DNA of 64,000 nt. It comes from Heptranchias perlo (taxonomy: Eukaryota). The translations under genes were made by a program, and so were the position numbers. Positions within the stretch are counted from its first letter, which is position 1. Each line of letters starts with the position of its first letter. A model generated the notes under the pieces. That model worked only from the letters and a program-made list of their open reading frames with translations. It was not told where the DNA came from and ran no database searches. The stretch lies in assembly GCF_035084215.1 (NCBI RefSeq), contig NC_090347.1:25544001-25608000 (forward strand), written 5' to 3'. Of the stretch, positions 54,731 through 64,000 are shown piece after piece.

Positions 54731-54832
54731 CTATCGTGCCATGCTTTGTGTTCGAACCAGGTTCATATCTTCATACACTGAGTTCGGAGCTCTCCCACGC
54801 TGTGGCTGGTCACGCCGGCAGAGTTTCTTTAC
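54731..54832 (-). CDS. CD7: CD7-like receptor, cytoplasmic terminal exon
   Basis: tttttag acceptor, phase 0. Encodes VKKLCRRDQPQRGRAPNSVYEDMNLVRTQSMAR*. KKLC and VYEDM match the human CD7 tail (IKKLC...VYEDM). Confidence 0.88.
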   Translation of the reverse strand, partial: VKKLCRRDQPQRGRAPNSVYEDMNLVRTQSMAR

Positions 54833-55874
54833 CTAAAAATTAAGACATTTTTGAAAAATCACGTTCCTCTGAATTATTACTTAGATTTTCAAACTGAGAT
54901 CATTGACCCCTAGGGATCAACTGTCTATATTTTACTGTATTTGTTAGCTTATTATTTCTCTTGCTCTAATGATAGACATTCTCTGCACCGTCTTCCATCG
55001 GGCAGCTCCCTTCCCTTTTTGAAGTTAGGGCAGGGAGTCGCAGGATATATGTCAATATTTGGAGAGAGTCCCCAGACAGAAAAAATTGAGAATCACTGAA
55101 TTACACGAGTGATTGGAAATTAAATGACACAGGGACCGCAGAGGGCAGGACGAGGACCGTTCAGGGGAGGGGGTGGGGGACCAAATACCCTCTCTTTTCC
55201 TCTCCCCCTCGAACTAGCAAGATTCCCAGCGGAGGGGAGGTTGCTCATTCCTCATGTGATGTCCCCGGAGCCTGCGAACTTCGACTGCATCAGCTCCATG
55301 TGTGATCATGGGGTTCAGCAGTATGTATGATCGAGGGGTAACTGCCAGGATCACATCCCAACAGATTTTCGGGGCCCGAATGTATTTAATTAGACAAATT
55401 TTGACTTAAATATTAAGACTCTTGACTAAGACTGGTAAAGCCAATTTTGATTATATTAACCCCATATTTCACAGGAATCAACATCAGAAGACTAGAAAAG
55501 AAAAGAAAACCAGCTCCTTAGGTTTTTTTAAATAATTACCAATCTTCTCCCTTTTCAATGGAGGAGGTGGGTTAGGGGAGCATCATCAATTGGGGCAACC
55601 CATAATCTTTTTTTTAGTGCATATGTCCCAGGCTCTTTGAGTGTATCCCAGGCAAGGGAAAAGCAGATAGTGTGTAATTTACAGATATCCCTTTTCAAAT
55701 GGACGGTAAGTTACATACAATGTGTTCTTCAGAGCAACATTTTTTTAAAAAACCACTAACAATCTGGACAGTTGTTCATTCGCACTATTTGTATTTGAAT
55801 TCATTCGTTTCACTTTGTAATATTTAATACCTATAAAGTATATAATAAATGTTATAAAGAAATTAGGAACTTAC

Positions 55875-56017
55875 GCGACAAAGTAACAGAATCAGCACAC
55901 AAAGCAAGGCCACTACTGCAGCAACAATCACACCAATCACAATTGGATCCTGGTATGAAATTTCTTTGCATGTATCTTCTCCGACACAACCTTCTGCACA
56001 GGGCTTCATTTTCGGCT
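55875..56017 (-). CDS. CD7: CD7-like receptor, stalk + transmembrane exon (phase 1/0)
   Basis: ttctcag acceptor and gtaagt donor; 143 nt, in frame with the V exon. Encodes EPKMKPCAEGCVGEDTCKEISYQDP-IVIGVIVAAVVALLCVLILLL-CR, with a clear hydrophobic TM helix. Confidence 0.88.
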
Positions 56018-56399
56018 CTGAGAAGACACAAGATATATTATTCTTTTGAAAAAGAAGTGCACATTGAATATCTTTCCATGGTCATGAAATTATTTTCTTT
56101 TCTTTGTCTACAATGTTCTTAAATCCATTTCAGAACATAAGAATGAAGTACAGAATATGTTGTGTCACTGATTATAACACGAATATATGACTCATTTTCT
56201 GCATTTAAGGTTATGTGTACATTTATGAGCTCATGAACTAAGATGGCTTCGAACAAGATATGCTGTCAATGGCTCAAATGGTGAATTTTCACAGACCAAA
56301 GCCACTTGATGTTGAAAGGCTGGATATTTGATGCATCTTTATAGAATTTGCAAACATGTTTTGTTTAATAACTAAATCACTATTTTGTGATTATTTTTA

Positions 56400-59300
56400 A
56401 AGAAAGGTAAGCCCAAGTTTAGAGAGGGGCATAAGGGAGAAAGCAGACTGAAAAACCTTTACAACTGAAGATCTTGTAGATGGGTTTAGAAGGCTGATAA
56501 TTTCCATTCAAGGGTGCTGATGGAGTTGGCTGAGGAGATTGCAAATCCTCTCACTGATACTTTGCCCAATTCCAATGAACTTTGAAATGTCCCAATGAAT
56601 CAGAAAGTAGCAAATGTGACTTTATTCTTTAGAAAAGGGGCAAGGGATAAAACCTAAAAATTACAGATCCTTGGGCTTTACCCTGATTATGGGGGAATGT
56701 GTTTGAGATGTTGATGAGGGATAGCATATGGGATCATCTGGAAGGACAGTCTTATTAAAGAGAGTCAGCATGGGTTTAAAAGGGGCCGATCACAGCTGAC
56801 CAATTTTGCTGGAAATGTTTGAGGAGGTTTTATCTGGTGGATAAGGGTGAGGTAGTAAATGTTAATCTACTTGGACTTCTGGAAGTCATTTGACACTGTT
56901 GCACAGAACCGACTGATTCACAAGATGTGTGCCCATGGGTTACATAGCAATATATTAGGATGAATTTACCCTTGGTTTAGAAGTAAACAGCAAAGGGTGG
57001 GGAGGTGACAAAGTGTAAACCGGTTATCAGTGGAGTCCCACGGGGGTTGGTGTTGGGGGCTGTTGTTTTTGTAATTGTTATAAATGGCTTATAGGAATAT
57101 TTGACAAGATATCTAAGTTTGTGGAAGAAACCAAATTGGGGATAGTGTCAATGGGCCTGATTTTAGCAGGCCTGCGGGTTTCCGGCGGGTTGGGTTTCGG
57201 GTGCGTGGCCTCCGCGCCCGGTGAAATTAGTGGGTTGCCCGCGCGATCGTAGCAGGCAATCCACTAATTGGAGCCACTTACCTGCTCCTCCGGGGTCCGC
57301 GCTGCTGGCCTGCGCGTCGGTCGGGCTGCGCATGCGCAGTACGATCTGTCAGCTGGAGGCTCTCTAGTTAAAGGGGCAGTCCTCCACTGACAGATGCTGC
57401 AACCAATGGAACAAATTACAGCATGGAGCAGCCCAGGGGGAAGGCTGCTCCCAGTTTAATGATGCCTCACCCCAGGTATCATCAGATGGGGTGAGGAGGA
57501 GGGGGAGGACAGAGATCTTCCCCCCGGCGGGCGGGAGGAAGCTGCCTGCCTCTGCCACCAAGAAGGCCTGGCTCGAGGTGGCATAGGGGGTCACCTGCGC
57601 CACCAACATATCGCCCAACTGCATACAGTGCAGGAGGCGGTCCAATGACCGCAGTAGGTCAGCCACAGTGAGATGACGTAGTCTTTCCCCTACACTCCGT
57701 CTGCCACAACACTGCCCCCACCCCACATCTCCTTCGGCACCGCCAACACTACTCTGTCACATCACCCCTCATACCCACTCAAACCCCATCCTCATCTTAC
57801 CTGCACCTACTCACCTCGCCAGTACTCACCCCGCCACTAACACGCAACCCAATCCTCATACAATCTCATGGCTCCATCCCATACTCACCCTCTCATGCAT
57901 CTCCCTCACGGCCAGCCTCACTCAACCTGCCACCACCTGTGCTGCAGCCACAGGGCATGCATCACATATGTGCAGTAGGTAGCGTAAGGAAAACGTGTTG
58001 TGAGCATGAAGGGGATGCACAAGGGTGTCTGAGGGTTTGCCATGGGTGTTACCTATATTGAATTTCAGAGCAACAAACATCACACATTATATTGGCACCG
58101 CCACTGCCATGTCTCCGCGAATCCTGTCTGTTGTGTCCAATAATGCCCGCTCCTGGGTATCACTATGAGGACCCACAACTGATGCCACCCATTGTGTTAC
58201 TGCAGAGAAGGTGCAGGTGTATTTGCGCAGACGACTAAGAGACATCGGCGGTGTACCCGGCTGCACCCTGGAAGGATGCGGAGGAGAAGTTGTGGAGGGC
58301 AGTGGTGACTTTGGCAGCGACAGGTAAGCAGATGGTGCTGGGGCCAGCCAGGAGCAGCTCGGCATGAAAGAGCCTGCAGATCTCCACGACTACATGTCGA
58401 GTGAATCTGTGCCTCCGTGTGCACTGCTGCTCGGAGAGGTCCGGGGAGCTGCGCCTCGGTCTGTGGACCCTGTGGCGAGGGTAGTGCCCTCTGCGACGCG
58501 TCTCTCTCTGCGGTTGCCCTCCCTCCTGCTGTGCAGGTGGACGTGCAACAGCACCGTGTTGGGGGGCTCCACGTCTGTGCGGCGGACGGCGTGGACTGCG
58601 AGGCTGCTGGTGCTGGTCATGCTGTTCGTCCTCCGAGGGTGTCCACGCACCACCCATCTGGCAGGTGTTGGTCTGAGGGGTTGTGCAGGGTAGGTGGGTG
58701 GTTCCTCGGACTGGGGCTGCAGTCTCGTGTCGGTCTGTCCTCTGGCTTGGCGGGGGGTGGTGGGGGGCAGGGGTTGCCCTATGTGACGCGGTGGCCTCCT
58801 GCGTGGGTGAGGGCTCTCCCCCGTGGAGTGCACCTTGGCACCTGCCACAGGCTGCTGGCTGCAACACGCCTGGTTGGAGGTTTCCCCCAGTGTGTGAAAC
58901 ACCCTGCGTTGAAGCTAAAATCCCACACTTCCTGTTTTGACAGCTGATTCAGCTCATTTAATGACCTCAACAAGCAAGGTAAGTACACTCAAGTGGAACC
59001 CCGCTGACTTTAATTGCCTGCGGGATTCCCACCAGCGGGGGCTGCGCATGCAGCCCCGCACGTCATCGGGGAACCCGGAAGTGGTCGGGATCGTGGCGCG
59101 ATCCGGTCACGTGACTGGATATCGGGATTTTCGGGGCCCCCCCGCTGGAAACCCGACGGTAAAATCGAGCCCAATGATGCTAACCAACATGCAATAATTC
59201 AAAGAAATCTAAGCAGGTTAGGTCAATAGGTAGCAAGGTGCCAGATGGAGTTCAACATGACCAAATGTAAAGTTATGAGATGAGGTAGAAGAAACAAGAT

Positions 59301-59680
59301 TCTTAATTGTAATGTGCTCAAAATAACAGAGCAGGGAGGAGATGTTGGGATTTTGCCAGGTAGGTTGTTAAAAGCATCAGTTCAGTGCTTTCAGACAGTG
59401 AAGAAAGCAAATGTGACCATAAGATGTATAGCTGAGGCTGTGACTTGTAATCTAAGATGATGATGTTGATGTTGAATCTGGCCTTATAGTCACATCTGGA
59501 GAACAGTGTTGAGGTTTGGTCTCAGATTTCCAGAGGACAGCTATGAGCCTGATTCCTGAATTTAGAGGGCCGGGTCAGTCATAAGAAAAGATTGTCTACC
59601 CTGGGACTTTACTCTCTGTAGGGAAAGAGGACGAGGGGGAGAATTGATAGAAGTCTTCAAGATTTTCATGGATATGGAAA
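56400..59680 (+). mobile_element. Degenerate CR1 ORF2 split by the 57153-59172 Harbinger
   Basis: Decayed RT motifs (gacttctggaagtcatttgac, ggagtcccacgggggttggtgttgggg, aagtttgtggaagaaaccaaa) resume after the TSD. Boundaries approximate. Confidence 0.7.
57153..59172 (-). mobile_element. Internally deleted Harbinger copy of the same family, in CD7-like intron
   Basis: TIRs GGGCCTGATTTTAGCAG at the left and ...GTAAAATCGAGCCC at the right. TSD AAT at 57150-57152 and 59173-59175. Transposase 5' part on minus (MGGAWTPSEDEQ...KVTTALHNF) and a frameshifted Myb exon 1 on plus. Confidence 0.9.
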
Positions 59681-59685
59681 ATTTA

Positions 59686-59930
59686 GATCCAGGAAGCTCT
59701 TTCAGAAGAATTCCCCTGTTCTTCTTCAAATAGAGCCATGGTATCTTTTATGTCCAGCTGAGAGGGCAGATGCAGCATCAGTTTAATGTCTCTTCCAAAA
59801 GACAGCACCTCCCGACAGTGCAGTACCGAAGTGTCAGCCTGGATTATGTGCTTAAGTCTTTCTGGAGTGGGACTTGAACCCACAACCTTTTGACTCAGAG
59901 GTGAGAGTGCTACTAGTAAGCCAAGGCTCA
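59686..59930 (-). mobile_element. tRNA-headed Deu-domain SINE (SacSINE1/AmnSINE-like)
   Basis: B-box-like ggttcaagtccc followed by a Deu-like core ggtgctgtcttttggaagagacattaaac. Confidence 0.7.
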
Positions 59931-60762
59931 TATCAAGGTAGACCAATAGTCTTCCTCTGCCTGAAACATGAATACATTACTGTGTTACAATGTCTTTTAC
60001 AGAGCTCCAAAGTGAATTCTAGACCCTAGGAGGTGAAAAATGCCATTTGTAAGGAACAGAACATTTTCTCCACTTTTAACTGCTCGTGTAAGTGATAGCA
60101 TCAAGCACTCCTACACTCGGCCACAACAATACGAATTAACACCAAATGAAGAAAAATACCCTCTGCTGGGTTAGATTAGCACCGGCCCCCAGGATAAAAG
60201 GACAAATGTTTTAATTCAATGCATCACCCAGTTTCCCCAGCACATAATATTCAATTTACTCAATCTTGCATAATATCAGTGGGATTCTGCCTGAGTAAAA
60301 AGAGGGAAAGTATAATGCCAGGACAATGTCCTTTTCTCCTAGCGTCATGGCATGTCTATTTTTACAACAATAATATCTCCAAACAATGTGCCGCACAATG
60401 GCAATGAAATCCCTGCTGCATTTTGGGATTTTTTACCATAACCTGAAAGGAATTTTGTTTTGATTTAAAGATGAGATTCATCTTATAAAGGGCGAATCCT
60501 TCAAGATACAAGTGACCGACACAATTTCAGCCATTTTTCAGGAATAAAAGTTTTTAAAAATGTTGGTTATATACAAACTGATGGAATTGTTCCGGGGCAA
60601 GTGATCATAAATTTCTATTTGTTTTGGATTCCTGTACGTACAAAGTGAATGAAAACCAACCAAATAACATGTGCCTTCATATATCCATTTTTTTATTTAT
60701 ATATTATTTTTAAGTAGAAGCTTTGCTTCAGTGAATGATGATATTTGAAACCTAAAACATAC

Positions 60763-61101
60763 CTGACACCAAAATCAATGTTCCTTGTCCCCAGTAATTT
60801 GTTTCTTTACCACCTCTTATTCCAAACTGACAGTAGTAAATATCTGTGTCATTTTTCTGGAGTTTTTTGAGGATTATGGTGAATTTTGATTCATCTCCTG
60901 TTAAATTATAACGTTCGGTGTATAATTGGTGTACAGTTCTTTTCGTTTTGTGGATGTAGATCACATCAGTGGCATTTGAAAGGTTCCTTTTTAAATAGGT
61001 GCCGACAAGGGTCAATGGTTTGAACTTAATTTCGCACGTAATTGACACGGATTCTCCATTTTTCACTTGATAAAAGAGAGGAGTCTGGGAAATTTGGACT
61101 T
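60763..61101 (-). CDS. CD7: CD7-like receptor, V-set Ig domain exon (phase 1/1)
   Basis: Bounded by a tttacag acceptor and a g|gtatgt donor. Encodes (E)VQISQTPLFYQVKNGESVSITC...GTYLKR...FTIILKKLQKNDTDIYYC...YWGQGTLILVS. Has the B- and F-strand Cys and the DxxxYxC motif. The C-strand reads GTYLKR without the canonical Trp, as in human CD7 (GIYLRQ). Confidence 0.85.
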
Positions 61102-63094
61102 CTGTAAAATACACAATTGAAAATATAGTCAGTACAGTCAGAAAACTCTGAATGGGATAATCACTTATCAAACAAATATTTGTGTAAATAGTTCATTAAT
61201 TAAAGAAGAACAGAGGTGTAGAAAGAGGGGATAATTATGTGTATCTTTCCAACATTTCATGTCACTGGAGAAAGATGGCTCCCTTGCAACATCTGAGAGT
61301 CGAGGTGTCACTCCATTCCATTGCATAATGAGGGCCTTGGCTAAGGCAGATGCTAAAATGCTTCATGCCCACACATCAAAGGGTAGTAATTTTGACTGAC
61401 AGCTCAGTGGGCCAAACCCACCTCCTTCTCACAGACTCAAGGCAGAGGACAGATACATTTCCTGATGCTCCCTCTATCCCTCCAGCCACAAAGGAAGCAG
61501 TGGTCTAGCATGTTAAAAAGTTTCCAAGCCAGCTAGCTTTGTATCGGTTAGCTTTAGAAGGAGCCTATGTTTAGTTAATAAGTTACATCTTTATTATTTT
61601 CCATAACTGAGGATAATAGGAAATTGGCTGTCCACACTGTAAAAACTGTGTATTATTCATTCAATATATTGAATATAAAATAAACCAGTTGATCGCTTCA
61701 AGTTGTGCCTAGTCTCGACAGAGTGCTTTTCAGCCCCGCTTCCATAAAGAGGAGAACACATGTAACGGCATAAGTTATATTTCAGTGAACACTAAATGGG
61801 GCTATTATGATCCCTGGGTCATGCTGTTATTCAACTAGATATTTGGGCAGTAAATATACATTCCAGATTGTAGGGAACACTTGGCCCCCGATTTTAAGCC
61901 GGGGTAGGATCGGTCCATGCAGGGGGCCTTGGCAAGCAACAAGCTCGTGTGTTGAGGCCTCGAGAGATTTTAATTCCCAGGCCTCACTTCCATATCCAGG
62001 CCCCGATTTCCATCCGAACCTGGCAGAAATCATTGCCTGGCCAACGAGACAGAGTGAAAATTCGGGCGGTCCCGGGATCTTCTGGCCCACGATTCAGTTC
62101 CCAACAGGTTTGCCTTGGTGGGGAATCCATCATTGATCCCCCGCTCAGGCCCCTAGTTAAAATATCAGATTGGGCCCCGGTTACTTCATCGGAGCCTGAT
62201 CTGCATATTTAAAGAGGACCCCGCTGGTTGGAGCGGATGTCCTTGCTGTGGTCAGATTGGGGTGGGAAAGGAGTGGGAAAGTCCCCCACTCCATTTTAAC
62301 TGTGAATTAAAGCTGTAGCCTAGATCTTCTTCAGGAGTGACTAGTGACGCTAAACCTAGAAGAATATCTAGTGCAAAAATCTGAAATTTATGACCCTCAT
62401 TAAGAACAGTAAAAGACAGCAACCCTTCCCCAATAGTCCAGCACAGATGAAAGATAGAGCTTAGGGAGGGGGAAGAGGGACAAAAACATTATGTAAGAGA
62501 AGGGTGTTTGGGAAATTTTGAAAGTATGGAAGGAGGAATTATTTAGGGAGGAAGTGCAGGGAGCAGGGCCAGAGGGACTGAAGGAATGACCATTAACGTT
62601 AGAGCAAAGGACATACCGAGTCAGGAGTAAGCCTGTATCTGACGAACTGTGGATGTACCTGGAGAGATCGCTGAGGTAAAATGGAGTAAAGCCACTGATT
62701 GATTTTAAATGAATTTCAAATCAAAGAGATCTTTTTGTGTGCTGCTTTATATTCATGGAAGAATTAATATTTTCATACTTTGAAAAAAATTCCAATACAG
62801 TTAGACAACTAAAGTACTGTAAACTTTATGAATTACTAAAGTTTCACAAGTATGCCAGTCAACTGCATTATGTAAGATCATATCTGATTACTTCACTCTT
62901 TAGGTAACAATTTCGAAAAGATTTATCATTTTATTTTCTGCCATTTCAGCACTTTAAAATTTGGAACTCTGAGGGAATGTAGTGGTGCTGTTGATAAGGG
63001 CATCAGCATGTATTTCCATAGAATGAAGGGGATCAGGAATCCAACCCCTACACTACATTTCATATCTCAGCCATTACTTCATGGGGCAGCTTCA

Positions 63095-63325
63095 ACTGGC
63101 AGCTGGGAGGAGGAGGAGGAGGAAAGTAAAAGAAATTAAACTGAGATGGTGAGTCTTACCCAGATTGGACAACACCATTGGTCTTAACATTGGTTATCAG
63201 CTGCTGAAGCTGCACAGCTGTGGGCATGAACAGAGAGGCTGCACGCCTTCTTAGGAAAGCAAAGAACATTTCCTTGCTCAAAACAAGTCAGTGGACAGTT
63301 TCACTTTTTCTTTGCTTCCTGAAGA
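63095..63325 (-). promoter_or_regulatory. Candidate lymphoid promoter/enhancer upstream of the CD7-like V exon
   Basis: ETS CAGGAAGC (63321-63314) adjacent to IRF-like AAAAGTGAAACT (63308-63297), three CAGCTG E-boxes and a splice donor gg|gtaaga at 63160/63159. Motif evidence only. Confidence 0.3.
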
Positions 63326-63364
63326 TTTCCATTCTTTTATCAGACCATGCAATCAGAGGAGAAC

Positions 63365-63756
63365 AGGGGTACGGCAGTGTAGTAATTAAGTTACTGGACT
63401 AGTAATCCATAGGCTGGGAGTAATAGTACAGAGAACGTGAGTTCAAATCCTACCACGGCAGTTTAAGAATTTGAATTTAGTTTTTAAAAAAAAATCTGAA
63501 AATAAAAAGCTGATAAAAAGTGTTGTCATAAAAACCCAACTGGTACACTGGTGTCCTTTACGGGAGAAAATCTGCCTATATTTCTCAAATCCACACAGTT
63601 GACACTGAAGTGACCTAGTAAGCCACTCAGTTGCATATAACTACTACCAGCGGTTCAAGCTGAAGGCCCACCATCACCTTCTCAGGGACAATAGAGATGG
63701 GCAATAAATGCCAGCTTTGCCAGTGATGCCCATATCCTGAGACCGAATATAAAAAA
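63365..63756 (+). mobile_element. tRNA-derived SINE with LINE-derived tail
   Basis: Head ggcagtgtagtaatt...gagttcaaatcctacc. Tail gatgggcaataaatgccagc...cccatatcc is shared with 54445-54557. Confidence 0.6.
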
Positions 63757-64000
63757 TTAATTTTGCTTATGTCTAGGTGGTCTGATTACCCTCCGACCCT
63801 ACACCCCCCCACCATATACTTTATCCCATACAGCTACCAATGACATCCTTGGCCAGTCATTGGGAAGTGTGCAAGAGCAGCCTAGTCAGGACTACCATCT
63901 CAATTTCCTTCCCATCCCCTGCACAACTCTTGACACAATCATGATTGTCGCATTCGAAAATGAGTCAAGTAACAATATTCTTATGTTTCCACTAAACTGC

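Noticed and set aside
60763-61101. Rearranging Ig/TCR V segment or VNAR
   Set aside because: No RSS, no C-strand Trp and no constant exons. It splices directly to a TM exon and a YEDM tail.
61102-61171. Hydrophobic in-frame extension (ISDYPIQSFLTVLTIFSIVYFT) as a signal peptide
   Set aside because: It starts at TTG with no in-frame ATG after the upstream stop, and is explained by the T-rich intron end before the tttacag acceptor.

Overview
Repeat-dense vertebrate genomic DNA, most likely from a shark or other cartilaginous fish. This is inferred from the CR1/HER1-type LINEs, Deu-domain SINE, L2, Tx1, Penelope-like and Harbinger families present. One host gene is well supported: a CD7-like immunoglobulin-superfamily receptor on the minus strand. 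Three of its exons splice in frame: a V-set Ig exon (61101-60763), a stalk/TM exon (56017-55875) and a cytoplasmic exon with a YEDM motif (54832-54731). Its leader exon was not identified with confidence. About 0.8 kb past the stop codon lies a Penelope-like fold-back insertion (53401-53929) with perfect 237-bp inverted arms, a 12-13 bp TSD and a minimal hammerhead ribozyme in each arm. It also holds the first canonical AATAAA on the gene's strand. The rest is nested mobile DNA: a near-complete two-gene Harbinger (transposase plus a 3-exon Myb/SANT gene, with TIRs and TSD), several deleted Harbinger copies, many CR1 and L2 fragments, further Penelope copies, a Tx1 3' end, SINEs and MITEs. There is also a 42-bp-periodic array of CCAAT-like boxes. 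Most ORFs in the supplied track are repeat-derived or spurious.
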